NCBI GenBank assembly: GCA_902800305.1
Contig: CADCDP010000009.1
Coordinates: 61,734 to 125,733, forward strand
Direction: 5' to 3'
Length of the DNA stretch: 64,000 bases
Source: an uncultured Bacteroidales bacterium
GTDB lineage: Bacteria; Bacteroidota; Bacteroidia; Bacteroidales; Bacteroidaceae
A program made the position numbers and the translations under genes. Positions 28,161-38,377 of this stretch are shown here, piece after piece (the stretch's first letter is position 1; every line of letters begins with the position of its first letter). The notes under the pieces were generated by a model. That model saw only the letters and a list, made by a program, of their open reading frames with translations, searched no databases and was not told the DNA's origin.

Positions 28161-28393
28161 TTTTCACCACAAAGAAAACAGAGAGCACGGAGATGCACGG
28201 AGAATTATTTTTTCCTTTTGAAAAGGAGAACACATGAGAAACCTAAAGGTTTTTCACAGAGCCATTCGGGGAAGAAGGGTCGCGCAGCCTCTCTGTGTAA
28301 GAGCCTGTAGGCTCCTCTGACCATCTCCACCTGATATACAAAAAGTGTTCCTCTGTGTTCCTCTGTGCTCTTGTGAAAACTCTGTGTTGAAAA
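28161..28393. repeat. MITE-like intergenic element with imperfect terminal inverted repeats rich in CACAGAG/CACGGAG
   Basis: The left end agagcacggagatgcacggagaa matches the reverse complement of the right end (agagcacagaggaacacagaggaa). Internal palindromes include tccttttgaaaagga and gagcctgtaggctc. Confidence 0.5.
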
Positions 28394-28430
28394 GAATTCA
28401 GCAACTTGCGAAACTTAAATCAATTTTCTT

Positions 28431-28856
28431 TTATACATTTTTCTTCAAGTAGATATAAGCGGGGTATGTGCCGAGCACGAACAGGGTGACGGGGCATAGC
28501 CAGATTTTTCTGGTAAATCCGTCTATTCCCAAGACCTCGTAATGGGCACCATCTGTCAGCGAGTGGTCGAGACGGCGCAATTCCGCATATCCTTCGAGTT
28601 GCTTACGCTTGGTCGAGGGCATCACTTTGACGCGTGTCTCCAAACCGTCGTCAGAGAGGTGGGCACAAAGTTCATCTGCTCCAGCCACCATCATCAGATT
28701 GTGGTGGTCAAAAGGCCAGTTGGGGAAATCGACATACCAACAGCCATCTGATTCATGATTGAACTTAAGTGCATACTCACTCTTTTTGCCAAATACGCTC
28801 TTCTGAATCAGAGAGGCCGCACTCTTCAGATTTTTCATTGAATAATCCATTTTCAT
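28431..28856 (-). CDS. Hypothetical protein (141 aa) with a C-terminal hydrophobic segment
   Basis: Preceded by its own TAACTTTG box. CWYVDFPNWPFDHHNLMMVAGADELC is a distinctive block, but I cannot assign a family. Confidence 0.5.
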   Translation of the reverse strand: MKMDYSMKNLKSAASLIQKSVFGKKSEYALKFNHESDGCWYVDFPNWPFDHHNLMMVAGADELCAHLSDDGLETRVKVMPSTKRKQLEGYAELRRLDHSLTDGAHYEVLGIDGFTRKIWLCPVTLFVLGTYPAYIYLKKNV

Positions 28857-28893
28857 TCTCGAATTAAAAAGTTAAACATCGACTTTGACAATG

Positions 28894-28901
28894 CAAAGTT
28901 A
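28894..28901 (-). promoter_or_regulatory. -7 box TAACTTTG (minus strand)
   Basis: Plus-strand caaagtta, about 38 nt upstream of the ATG at 28856. Confidence 0.5.
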
Positions 28902-28994
28902 CTCTATAATATATAGCACATCAAAATCCCTGCAAGGCTTGCAGAGTATGCAAGGCTTGCAGGGATTAGCAATAGACTCTTGACAATCAAGAAA

Positions 28995-30152
28995 TTATTC
29001 CCAAGAAACCATCTCTCTTGGCAACAATATCTTCTTAGGTTCTCCCCTTCCACCAGTGATGTAGTAGTTACGGGCAATGCTGTCATCAAATTCTCGCAAG
29101 AAGGCCTGCTTGATGCGAGAACATTTCTCGTTGATGGAATTGCGTGTGGGGTCGGTCACGTCATCAATGCTCCTACGAATGTCTTCACGGCTATCACGTC
29201 CGGACATCAACTCGTACATACGCAACAGTTCTTTTCGATAGTCGGGCAGATCTGAAAATGAAATACCTTCTGGATGACGCAAGAAGAGCAGATAAAGTGC
29301 TTTTGACAATGGATGCATCCTAATCTCCATATTGTTGTAATCCGTCAGGAAAATGCGACCACAGCGAACTGTCATTCGGCTTAATTGCTTGGTTGGCTTA
29401 AACAAGCGCTGAAGGGCTACTTCGCCCACTCCGCTCTGCCTGAGTCGCTCTACCAGAATCTGTACTTCGCTCATCATGTCCTCCACACTTGGCTCATCCG
29501 GCATCTCAATGGGAGCAGAAGTCTCCCGTCTGCTTTGTTCTGCGGAATCATTTCGCATGAACCTCGACAACGAATGCCAAAAAGACGGACGTTCGAAGGC
29601 AGCTTGTTCACATTGTACTTCACAGTTTTTAGGAACACCAGCTTCATCATAAAAGACAGCAGCAGCACTTCCTACATCAAAGAGGTTTCTGGCTACACCA
29701 TGCTCACTCACATACCTTGCAATGAATTCATCAGGGCAATCGTCGAAAGATCTGGGTATTGGGGTATAAGCATAGGTATAGGTATCTTCCTCGTCGAAAT
29801 CCTCACCCATGTATTGGATGAGTCCTGGTTCCATACGTTCTCTATCGTAATCGGCAACCACATATTCCAACAAATCGCGGTCATCATAGGGGATATACGG
29901 GACGTGGTCATTGGAACCTGCCTGAGGATTGAAGTAATGGTAGATTTTGGCGAGATCCATGTCGCATGCAATCTTGGGCAAGAAACAAAATTCCAATCCA
30001 CCACTATGGAATTTACTCTCAATATACTTATAGTGTTGATAAAGAGCATCGTAATAGAGCTTCCTGCTTATACCTGTGACATCAAAATAGATGACCACAT
30101 TTGTCTTTGGCTTAAAAGGCAGTCGTTCCTTGTAAAAACTGATGTATTGCAT
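28995..30152 (-). CDS. Hypothetical protein (385 aa); the C-terminal third may be a helix-turn-helix-like module
   Basis: Coherent ORF with its own promoter box. The C-terminus LSKALYLLFLRHPEGISFSDLPDYRKELLRMYE...NSINEKCSRIKQAF looks like a DNA-binding/regulatory module. That is inference only. Confidence 0.55.
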   Translation of the reverse strand: MQYISFYKERLPFKPKTNVVIYFDVTGISRKLYYDALYQHYKYIESKFHSGGLEFCFLPKIACDMDLAKIYHYFNPQAGSNDHVPYIPYDDRDLLEYVVADYDRERMEPGLIQYMGEDFDEEDTYTYAYTPIPRSFDDCPDEFIARYVSEHGVARNLFDVGSAAAVFYDEAGVPKNCEVQCEQAAFERPSFWHSLSRFMRNDSAEQSRRETSAPIEMPDEPSVEDMMSEVQILVERLRQSGVGEVALQRLFKPTKQLSRMTVRCGRIFLTDYNNMEIRMHPLSKALYLLFLRHPEGISFSDLPDYRKELLRMYELMSGRDSREDIRRSIDDVTDPTRNSINEKCSRIKQAFLREFDDSIARNYYITGGRGEPKKILLPREMVSWE

Positions 30153-30190
30153 ATTAGTACGTTAATCCGAGCATTTGGTATTTTCTTTTG

Positions 30191-30198
30191 CAAATATA
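30191..30198 (-). promoter_or_regulatory. -7 box TATATTTG (minus strand)
   Basis: Plus-strand caaatata, about 39 nt upstream of the ATG at 30152. Confidence 0.5.
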
Positions 30199-30642
30199 CA
30201 ACTTATTATTCACATCCATACATTTGGGGAGAAAAAAGTGTTTCCACAAGGTTTGTGAACAATTTATTTAGTTTAAATTTGAAGCAATGCTTCTCACGTT
30301 CAAACTTTTTCCAGTTTTTTCACTTAGACCTACCTTATATATGCGTCACCTTCCATTTCTTTCCTTTTGCAAGGGCAACGTCGTTGCCTCGAATGACTCT
30401 TCGTCGTTGAGTCACGTGACTCTTCGTCGTTGCCCCTCGAGACTCAACGTCGAAGACTCATCGGAAGTTTTGGCGTGAAAGCACACGAAGCAATGCTCAT
30501 ACAAGGGGCATCAACTTTACGTCAAGCCCTGCAACGTAATTACGATGAACGGGGTAACATAATTACGATGCAGGGCTTAAGGTAAATACGATAAAGGCTG
30601 TGATAAGGTGCTATCACTTACAAGTACGGAAGCGGGGAACTA

Positions 30643-32664
30643 CTATTTCGACAGACGCTTTATCTGCACTTCGACTTCATCGAAATTCAGCGGGAAGTTG
30701 AGGTCGTGCAAGTTACCCTTGGGGTCAACGAGTTTGTAGGTGGGATAGCCATGTACTCCGATGTAGGCCTCGACGGCTTTCTGCTGCTCGTCTGGCAGGT
30801 TGTAGTGGGCGACATTCTTGCCCATCACGTTGTACTCCCTGATGACGTTCTTCCACGATTTTTCAGGGGAGGTATTGGCCAAATACAGATAGACGATGTC
30901 ATAGGCTTTCAGCCGCTCGTATTCCTCCTGCGAATGGGAAAGCCCCTCTTTGCAAGGAACACACCATGTGCCCCAAACGTCTATCAAGACAAACTTACCC
31001 TTGTATGGCTCTATCATCTTTTTCAGCATCTTTTCGCCATCGGTCATGCCCTTCACCACATCGTTTGACTTGAGGATATTGCTGTCAATCTTTCGGTTAG
31101 CGATTTCTTTGTACTTATCGTTCATGGCACGGATAACGGTTTTGGCTGCCTCTATCTGGATAGTGGAATGAGCGAAGGAAAGCATTTCCTTGTCCAAGGG
31201 GTTACGGCTCCAGTCGATATAGTGGCAAAGGCAATGGCAGAGATAGAGGTCTTGGGCATTTTTACTCCAACCACGCTCTTCCATTTCTTTCACCATCTGC
31301 TCCATATCACGCATCGCGAACTGCCTCTCAGCATAATCCTGGTAACCCTTGCGACTGGTAATCTCGTTAATGGTTTTCATGAAGCCGTTCTTGCTAAACT
31401 CATCATCCAGCACCTTCTGCAAACTGTCAGGGGTATTCTTCCTTTTTTCCCAATACGCTGGATATGCCAAATCACACTGCTTGATGGCTTCTCTGTCCTG
31501 AGCCGACAATTTGAGGATGCCATCCTTTTCAGCCCTGTCCATAATCCATTGGAGTTGCCACACATTTTTGTTGCGAACCTCCGTCTCCAGATTCTGGTAG
31601 TACTTAACGCAGAAATTGGAGAAGTCATAACCCATCATCGTGAATGGCTCGTGCATTTTCTGGACATATTCTTCCTCGACAGCCTTCAAAAATGCCTCGG
31701 GCACCCGATACCCGGGCATTAGGAAACGGCATCGCATCAGAGCATCTGCATTGATAGGCAGAATCTTGTTCGTTTGATACGTCTTATACCGCTCCGAAAG
31801 TGTGGGATGTTGACGGCACATCTCGTCCAGTTTCTGCAATTCTTCATCTGTCTCTTTCTTGATAAAACGGAGAATGTCCTCCTTGCCGCCTTTTTCCTTT
31901 AATTCTGAATCGCTATGGAACGGCACACCGAGGTAGTGAGCGGAAATCTCGTTCTGCAAACGTGCTTTCTTGCCCATGAAGAGTTTCTTGTCTTTCATAG
32001 GGTCAATCATCACGAAATAGGTCTCATTAGGCTCTGCCAGAATCATCGTTTCCCCTCTGCGACTCTTCAGATAGAGAGACATGGTGTTTTCTATCGGCAC
32101 TCGCAACATAAAATGTCCTTCGGCATCTACAGGTGCTTTGAACGACAGTTCCTGACCGTTGTAAATGCTGCTCATCTCTGCCACCACCTCATCATCGCTC
32201 AACTTCACCTCATCGGCAACATCCAAAAGCCATGCAACAATCGGATTCAGAGGCTTCATCCATCCGACGATGGTCACGCTGTCACCCTCACAATAGTTGT
32301 TATTGGCGATAGTGTCGATGGCATCTTTTTCGGGATAGTCGGGAAGACATGTGCCGTCGATGATGCTACATTCTGCTTCTTTCCCATCGATGGTGATGGT
32401 GCGCTTGCCAGCCTCAACTTTACTCATGTGTACCAAGAGTTTCACACCTTCGTTCTCAGCTTCGATGGTGTAGGCATCCTCTTTGTCTGTCTGCGAGGTG
32501 ATGTTCCACACCTTGCAGTCGTAAATCACTTTGTTCTCCGTCAAACCGATGAACCATTCGCCTGTCTTGTCGTTGCGCCAATAGGTGTCTGTGATGCTGT
32601 CGCCATTGCATCCGCACAGGACGAAGAGCATCATCACAAGGAAAAATAAAATCAGTTTCTTCAT
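30643..32664 (-). CDS. Lipoprotein with a C-terminal TlpA/AhpC-like thioredoxin-fold domain
   Basis: I moved the start to Met42 (MKKLILFFLVMMLFVLCGCNG, a lipobox) because a TATCTTTG box at 32687-32694 lies inside the longer ORF. CxxC motif in FVLIDVWGTWCVPCKEG. Confidence 0.8.
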   Translation of the reverse strand: MKKLILFFLVMMLFVLCGCNGDSITDTYWRNDKTGEWFIGLTENKVIYDCKVWNITSQTDKEDAYTIEAENEGVKLLVHMSKVEAGKRTITIDGKEAECSIIDGTCLPDYPEKDAIDTIANNNYCEGDSVTIVGWMKPLNPIVAWLLDVADEVKLSDDEVVAEMSSIYNGQELSFKAPVDAEGHFMLRVPIENTMSLYLKSRRGETMILAEPNETYFVMIDPMKDKKLFMGKKARLQNEISAHYLGVPFHSDSELKEKGGKEDILRFIKKETDEELQKLDEMCRQHPTLSERYKTYQTNKILPINADALMRCRFLMPGYRVPEAFLKAVEEEYVQKMHEPFTMMGYDFSNFCVKYYQNLETEVRNKNVWQLQWIMDRAEKDGILKLSAQDREAIKQCDLAYPAYWEKRKNTPDSLQKVLDDEFSKNGFMKTINEITSRKGYQDYAERQFAMRDMEQMVKEMEERGWSKNAQDLYLCHCLCHYIDWSRNPLDKEMLSFAHSTIQIEAAKTVIRAMNDKYKEIANRKIDSNILKSNDVVKGMTDGEKMLKKMIEPYKGKFVLIDVWGTWCVPCKEGLSHSQEEYERLKAYDIVYLYLANTSPEKSWKNVIREYNVMGKNVAHYNLPDEQQKAVEAYIGVHGYPTYKLVDPKGNLHDLNFPLNFDEVEVQIKRLSK

Positions 32665-32686
32665 ATCTGAGTTTTTAATGGATTTG

Positions 32687-32694
32687 CAAAGATA
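32687..32694 (-). promoter_or_regulatory. -7 box TATCTTTG (minus strand)
   Basis: Plus-strand caaagata, about 23 nt upstream of the ATG at 32664. Confidence 0.5.
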
Positions 32695-32789
32695 GCGCGT
32701 TTTCTCTGGAACAACAAATCTTTGATACAAAAAATGCCCCAAAGCCGTATGATTGACTTTGGAGCATTCTGTTTTTGCGATATGCATTC

Positions 32790-33965
32790 TTACCCTATCA
32801 GCGCATCTGCCAGCACTTTCAGATCTTCGATGGTCTTGGCTTTTACCGTCGATTCCACCGTGACGATAGGCTCAATGATGGTGATGTTCTTCATCGCCTC
32901 CATCTGCTCACGCATCTTCTTACCCGATGCAGGTGCCCAAGTGCCGTTCTCGACAAATGCGACTTTGCGGTTCTGGTAGGTCTTGATGCGGAGGTGGTTG
33001 ATGAAGTCCTCCATGATGGGCATGATACCACCATCGTAGGTAGGCGCACAAAGCACCATGCGGTCATAACGGAAAGCATCTTCGACGGCTTCGTGGAGGT
33101 CATCACGGGCAATATCAGAAATGGAAACCTTCACGTCGCTCTTCTCTTTGATGATGTCGGCCAACTTCAAAGCGGCTTGTGCCGTATTACCATGCAGAGA
33201 GCAGTAAGCGATGAAGACACCCTCATTTTCAGGCTCATACTTGCTCCATGTATCGTAGAGACCAATGTAGTAGCCAAGGTCTTCGGAAAGGATAGGACCA
33301 TGCAGCGGACAAATCTGCTGGATGTCGAGAGTGGCAGCCTTCTTCAAGAGATTTTGCACCATCGCACCATACTTGCCCACGATGTTGAAGTAGTAGCGAC
33401 GAGCCTCACATGCCCAACCTTCGTCATCTTCTTCCTCCTTGCAAAGCGCACCGAACTTGCCGAAAGCATCAGCAGCAAAGAGCACTTTTGTCTTCTGGTC
33501 GTAGGTAACCATCACTTCTGGCCAATGTACCATCGGAGCCATGAAGAACTGCAAGGTGTGCTGTCCCAATGAGAGGGTTTCGCCTTCCTTCACCACCTGA
33601 ATACGTGCGCTGAAATCTGTCTCGAAGAAACGTTTGAACATCGCCACAGCTTTCTGCGAGCAGACAGCAATCATGTTGGGGTATTTCTCCATGATGTGCT
33701 GCACACTACCTCCGTGGTCGGGTTCGAGGTGCTGCACAATCAAGTAGTCAGGAGTTTTGCCTCCAAGTGCTGCCTCAAGGTTTTTCTCCCATTCAGCGGT
33801 CTTCGTGGCATCCACCGTATCCATGATGGCGACTTTCTCATCAAGAATCAGATAGGAATTGTAGGACATACCAAGTGGTACGTCATACTGCCCTTCAAAG
33901 AGGTCTATGTCGAGGTCATCCACACCGATGTACTTCACATCAGGTGCAATCAAATCGTATTTCAT
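32790..33965 (-). CDS. Flavodiiron protein (FprA/ROO-type: metallo-beta-lactamase-like + flavodoxin-like domains)
   Basis: 391 aa. IVQHLEPDHGGS di-iron motif, and a C-terminal flavodoxin-like GVFIAYCSLHGNTAQAA. Confidence 0.85.
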   Translation of the reverse strand: MKYDLIAPDVKYIGVDDLDIDLFEGQYDVPLGMSYNSYLILDEKVAIMDTVDATKTAEWEKNLEAALGGKTPDYLIVQHLEPDHGGSVQHIMEKYPNMIAVCSQKAVAMFKRFFETDFSARIQVVKEGETLSLGQHTLQFFMAPMVHWPEVMVTYDQKTKVLFAADAFGKFGALCKEEEDDEGWACEARRYYFNIVGKYGAMVQNLLKKAATLDIQQICPLHGPILSEDLGYYIGLYDTWSKYEPENEGVFIAYCSLHGNTAQAALKLADIIKEKSDVKVSISDIARDDLHEAVEDAFRYDRMVLCAPTYDGGIMPIMEDFINHLRIKTYQNRKVAFVENGTWAPASGKKMREQMEAMKNITIIEPIVTVESTVKAKTIEDLKVLADALIG

Positions 33966-33989
33966 CGTCTATATTATATATAATGTGTA

Positions 33990-35324
33990 TTACTTCAGTC
34001 TTTCCTGAATGGCTTTGCTTTCAGCCTCGTAGCCAGGCTTGTTGAGGAGGGCAAACATATTCTTCTTGTATGCCTCCACACCTGGTTGGTTGAACGGATT
34101 GACACCAAGGATAAGACCTGAGATGCCACAACCCTTCTCGAAGAAGTAGATGAGCTGACCGAGATTGTACTCATCGAGCTTCTCGATGGAAATCTTGATG
34201 TTGGGAACACCACCATCCACATGAGCCAGCTGTGTGCCAAGTTCTGCCATCTTGTTCACTTCGTCGATGCGCTTGCCAGCAAGGAAGTTCAAGCCATCAA
34301 GGTTCTCTTCATCAGAAGGAACAGCAAGACAAGTGTTGGGCTTCTCTACAGAGATAACGGTCTCGAAAATGGTGCGTTCGCCATCCTGAATCCATTGCCC
34401 CATCGAGTGGAGGTCGGTCGTGAGGTCAACAGATGCAGGGAAGATGCCCTTTCCATCCTTACCCTCACTCTCGCCGTAAAGCTGCTTCCACCATTCGCCG
34501 AGATTATGGAGTTTTGGCTGATAGTTTGCCATAATTTCAATCTTCTTACCACTCTGATAGATGGCATTGCGAGTAGCGGCATAGACAGCAGCAGGATTCT
34601 CAGCACAAGGCACGTCAAGCGCACACGACTTCTCCATATCCTGAGCACCCTTCACAAGGGCTGCGATGTCGAAACCTGCCACAGCGATGGGCAACAGACC
34701 GACAGGAGTGAGCACAGAGAAGCGGCCACCCACATTGTCGGGGATGACGAAGGACTTGTAACCCTCTTTATCTGCCGTTGTACGTGCCGCACCCTTCTTA
34801 GCGTCCGTAATGGCTACAATCACCTTCTTTGCCTCTTCCTTACCACGCTGGTCTTCACACATCTTCTTCAAGAGACGGAACGTGATAGCTGTTTCAGTCG
34901 TTGTACCCGACTTGGAAATGTTGATGACACCAAACTTCACACCCTTCAGGTAATCAATCATCTCAGAGAGATAATCCTCACCGATGTTGTTGCCTGCAAA
35001 GAGGATGCGTGGAGCTTTCGATGGCTTCAGCCATCCGAATGTGTTGGATAAAGCATCTATCACCATACGGGCACCCAGATAGGAGCCTCCGATACCAGCC
35101 ACAACAACAGCTTCACAATTCTCCTGCAACACCTTTGCCGTAGCGTTCAACTCAGCAATAAATTCTGGTGTGATGGAACTTGGGAGATGCATCCATCCCA
35201 AGAAATCGTTACCAGCACATGTACCTTGCTCAAGAGCTTCTTGAGCAGCCTTCACCTGAGGTTCCAAAGCCTCAATTGCACCTGCCTTCACAAACGAGGC
35301 AGCCTTCGAAATGTCAATTCTCAT
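33990..35324 (-). CDS. pgi: Glucose-6-phosphate isomerase
   Basis: 444 aa. [22 protein letters not shown] and [12 protein letters not shown] motifs. Confidence 0.95.
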   Translation of the reverse strand: MRIDISKAASFVKAGAIEALEPQVKAAQEALEQGTCAGNDFLGWMHLPSSITPEFIAELNATAKVLQENCEAVVVAGIGGSYLGARMVIDALSNTFGWLKPSKAPRILFAGNNIGEDYLSEMIDYLKGVKFGVINISKSGTTTETAITFRLLKKMCEDQRGKEEAKKVIVAITDAKKGAARTTADKEGYKSFVIPDNVGGRFSVLTPVGLLPIAVAGFDIAALVKGAQDMEKSCALDVPCAENPAAVYAATRNAIYQSGKKIEIMANYQPKLHNLGEWWKQLYGESEGKDGKGIFPASVDLTTDLHSMGQWIQDGERTIFETVISVEKPNTCLAVPSDEENLDGLNFLAGKRIDEVNKMAELGTQLAHVDGGVPNIKISIEKLDEYNLGQLIYFFEKGCGISGLILGVNPFNQPGVEAYKKNMFALLNKPGYEAESKAIQERLK

Positions 35325-35341
35325 AGTTTTATTTGTTTAGT

Positions 35342-36343
35342 TTATCTCAAAGAATCACTTAATATCTTAATTTCCACACTTGGCGCAATCTTCTCATACA
35401 GAATGTTATACACGGCATCCAGTATCGGCATGTTCACATGATACCGCTTGTTGAGCACCTTCATACAATTCGTGCCATAATAACCTTCCGCAATCATTTC
35501 CATCTCCAATTGTGCCGTTTTCACGCTATACCCCTGCCCTATCATCGTACCAAACACACGGTTGCGAGAGAAGTTGGAGTACATCGTCACCAGCAAGTCA
35601 CCCAGATAAGCTGAATCGCTCACATGGCGGTCTTCTGGTTGGACAGCTTTCAAGAAACGCTTCATCTCTTGCAAAGCATTTGCCACCAGCACTGCTTGGA
35701 AGTTGTCGCCCAACTTCAAACCATGACAGACACCAGCGGCAATAGCATACACATTCTTCAAAACCGACGAATATTCGATACCCTCTATGTCGGGAGAGAC
35801 ATTGGTCTTCACATACTTGTTGGCCAACAAATCGGCTACCACCTGAGCATTATCCAAGTCACGACATCCCACAGTCAGATAACACAAGCGGTCGAGTGCT
35901 ACTTCCTCCGCATGGCTGGGACCTCCGATGCAAGCGACCTGCTCTTCTGGCACATTATATTGACGCTCAAAGTATCGGCTCACTGTCAGGCTCTCTTCAG
36001 GCACAATACCTTTAATGGCTGTCACCACCATCTTTTCCCTCATGTTCGCCTTCAACTTCTTCAAGTGGCTCTTGATGTAAGGCGAAGGAATGACGAAGAT
36101 GAGCGTGTCGTTGTTCTTCACCACATCGTTCAGATCACTCGAAAAGTTGATTCTGTCCACATCGAAGTAAAGACCCGTCAAGTAAGCCGGATTGTGGTGC
36201 ATACGCTTGAAGTCCTCGATGCGGTCATCCCTGCGCATATACCACGTTATCCTTTCTTCATGGTGCATGACAATCTTCGCGATAGCTGTCGCCCAGCTAC
36301 CACCTCCTAAGACTGCCACTCTGCCACAAGATTGAAACTGCAT
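35342..36343 (-). CDS. gpsA: NAD(P)H-dependent glycerol-3-phosphate dehydrogenase
   Basis: 333 aa. VAVLGGGSWATAIAK Rossmann motif, GPSHAEEV and LKNVYAIAAG. Confidence 0.9.
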   Translation of the reverse strand: MQFQSCGRVAVLGGGSWATAIAKIVMHHEERITWYMRRDDRIEDFKRMHHNPAYLTGLYFDVDRINFSSDLNDVVKNNDTLIFVIPSPYIKSHLKKLKANMREKMVVTAIKGIVPEESLTVSRYFERQYNVPEEQVACIGGPSHAEEVALDRLCYLTVGCRDLDNAQVVADLLANKYVKTNVSPDIEGIEYSSVLKNVYAIAAGVCHGLKLGDNFQAVLVANALQEMKRFLKAVQPEDRHVSDSAYLGDLLVTMYSNFSRNRVFGTMIGQGYSVKTAQLEMEMIAEGYYGTNCMKVLNKRYHVNMPILDAVYNILYEKIAPSVEIKILSDSLR

Positions 36344-36440
36344 AATTATTATATTTTAAGTGAAAAAGGAAAAGTGAAAAGTGAAAAATCTATATTACCC
36401 GCCATCCGAATGGAAGGTAACTTAGATTTTTCACTTTTCA

Positions 36441-38201
36441 CTATTCACTTTTAACTTTCGAAATAATCTCGCTTAGTTCGTCCACACTTGGTTTCTTGAT
36501 GTCCAGCTTGTATTTCTTCAGCACTTCGCCAATCTGCTGCTGTATTTTCTGTGGATTTCCCCCTTCGAGGTCACTCACGAGGTTATAACCTACTTTGTAG
36601 AGCACAGGAACGATGTCCTCAGAGAATCCGAGTTCTACAAACTTCTCCACACTATCACGAGGAGCCTTCTTTTCTGGCTTCATCGTTGGGAACAGAAGCA
36701 CCTCTTGAATGGTTGGCTGACCGGTCATCAAGATAGCCAAGCGGTCGATACCAATGCCGATGCCCGATGTGGGAGGCATACCATACTGCAAGGCACGGAG
36801 GAAGTCGTGGTCAATCACCATTGCTTCGTCATCACCCTTGTCTGCCAGCTTCATCTGCTCCACGAAACGCTCTTCCTGATCGATGGGGTCGTTCAGCTCC
36901 GAATAAGCATTAGCCAATTCCTTTCCGTTCACCATCAGTTCAAAACGTTCCGTCAATCCAGCTTTCGAGCGATGCATCTTCGTCAGCGGAGACATCTCCA
37001 CAGGATAGTCGGTGATGAAGGTTGGCTGGATGAAGGTGCCTTCGCAGAATTCTCCAAAGAGTTCGTCGATAAGCTTACCCTTACCCATCGTCTCGTCTAT
37101 TTCCATGCCTTTCTCTTGACAGAAAGCGCGGATTTCCTCTTCAGACTTCCCTTCGCAATCAAACCCGGTCTTTTCCTTGATGGCATCCAAGATGGGCAAA
37201 CGGCGATAGGGAGCCTTAAAGCTGACCATATTGTCGCCTATCTTCACTTCGGTAGTGCCATTCACAGCCATACAAATCTTTTCCAGCAACTGCTCTGTGA
37301 ACGACATCATCCAGTTGTAATCTTTATACGCCACATACAGCTCCATGCAGGTAAACTCAGGATTGTGGCTTCTGTCCATACCCTCATTACGGAAGTTACG
37401 ACCAATCTCATACACTCCCTCAAAACCGCCCACAATCAGACGTTTCAGATACAATTCCGTCGCGATGCGGAGATACAAATCAACATTCAGCGCGTTGTGA
37501 TGGGTGATGAACGGACGAGCCGATGCGCCACCTGCAATCTGCTGCAAGATAGGTGTCTCCACCTCCGTGAAACCAGCCTCATCAAACACCTGACGCATGG
37601 TGCGCAAGATGGTGGCACGCTTCAAGAACGTGTCCTTCACACCGTTGTTCACCACCAAATCGACATAACGCTGGCGGTATCTCAGTTCGGGATCGTCAAA
37701 GGCATCAAACACCTGGTCGTCTTTTTCCTTCACCACAGGCAACGGTTTCAAACTCTTGGCCAATATGGTGAGCGACTTGGCGTGTACGCTTATTTCGCCC
37801 GTCTGGGTACGAAAAACAAAACCCGTCACACCGATAAAGTCACCCAAATCGAGCAACTTCTTAAACACCACATTGTACAAATCCTTGTTATCCTCAGGAC
37901 AGATGTCATCACGCTTCACATACACCTGAATCCTGCCCTTCGAGTCTTGCAACTCCACAAAACTGGCCTTGCCCATCACACGACGGCTCATCATACGACC
38001 AGCGATGCACACCTCTCTCAGTGGCTCCTTAGGGTTACCTTCTTCATCCACCTCAGGGTCTTTGAAGTCAGCTATGATTTCAGTTGAAAAAGCATCTGTT
38101 GGATATTCTGCGGCTGGATAAGGGTTAATCCCCATATCCTTCAATGCCTGGAGATTCGCCCTGCGGTTCATCTCCTGCTCCGAAAGTTCGAGTACGTTCA
38201 T
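36441..38201 (-). CDS. lysS: Lysine--tRNA ligase (class II)
   Basis: Start moved to MNVLELSEQEMNRRANL (38201) because a TACCTTTG box at 38226-38233 lies inside the longer ORF. Class II motifs FRNEGMDRSHNPEFT and GIGIGIDRL. Carries a C-terminal extension. Confidence 0.95.
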   Translation of the reverse strand: MNVLELSEQEMNRRANLQALKDMGINPYPAAEYPTDAFSTEIIADFKDPEVDEEGNPKEPLREVCIAGRMMSRRVMGKASFVELQDSKGRIQVYVKRDDICPEDNKDLYNVVFKKLLDLGDFIGVTGFVFRTQTGEISVHAKSLTILAKSLKPLPVVKEKDDQVFDAFDDPELRYRQRYVDLVVNNGVKDTFLKRATILRTMRQVFDEAGFTEVETPILQQIAGGASARPFITHHNALNVDLYLRIATELYLKRLIVGGFEGVYEIGRNFRNEGMDRSHNPEFTCMELYVAYKDYNWMMSFTEQLLEKICMAVNGTTEVKIGDNMVSFKAPYRRLPILDAIKEKTGFDCEGKSEEEIRAFCQEKGMEIDETMGKGKLIDELFGEFCEGTFIQPTFITDYPVEMSPLTKMHRSKAGLTERFELMVNGKELANAYSELNDPIDQEERFVEQMKLADKGDDEAMVIDHDFLRALQYGMPPTSGIGIGIDRLAILMTGQPTIQEVLLFPTMKPEKKAPRDSVEKFVELGFSEDIVPVLYKVGYNLVSDLEGGNPQKIQQQIGEVLKKYKLDIKKPSVDELSEIISKVKSE

Positions 38202-38225
38202 GTTTTCTACTATATATATTGTGTG

Positions 38226-38233
38226 CAAAGGTA
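38226..38233 (-). promoter_or_regulatory. -7 box TACCTTTG (minus strand) for lysS
   Basis: Plus-strand caaaggta, about 25 nt upstream of the ATG at 38201. Confidence 0.5.
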
Positions 38234-38340
38234 CAACTTTTATTCCACTCCACAAAAACATTCCCCTATTTTCTGTCATCAACTGCCAATCACAAGCACA
38301 TTTCTACCGCACCCACCATCGTAATATGAAAAATAATCCG

Positions 38341-38348
38341 TAACTTTG
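38341..38348 (+). promoter_or_regulatory. -7 box TAACTTTG for the mscS-like gene
   Basis: About 30 nt upstream of the ATG at 38378. Confidence 0.5.
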
Positions 38349-38377
38349 CACCTCGAATCAAGGTAAAAAACGTTTTT

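Noticed and set aside
19515-30500. Classical tRNA-integrated genomic island or prophage
   Set aside because: I found no integrase, excisionase or phage structural genes, and no direct repeat of the tRNA 3' end. The accessory block also lies on the 5' side of the tRNA, not the 3' side. I kept it only as a generic variable region.
36705-38087. 460-aa plus-strand ORF. Similar long ORFs occur at 40577..42382 (601 aa), 29385..30410, 16909..17862, 51690..52724, 57952..58797, 61938..62822, 31915..32649, 32775..33572, 34221..35051, 35624..36310, 12046..12786, 10931..11779, 15138..15899 and 43770..44510.
   Set aside because: Each lies antisense to an ORF with unmistakable conserved motifs (lysS, clpB, rimO, purC, aroE, pgi, gpsA and others). 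Their translations are His/Leu/Arg/Val-rich with no recognisable motifs. They are shadow ORFs typical of about 50% GC coding DNA.
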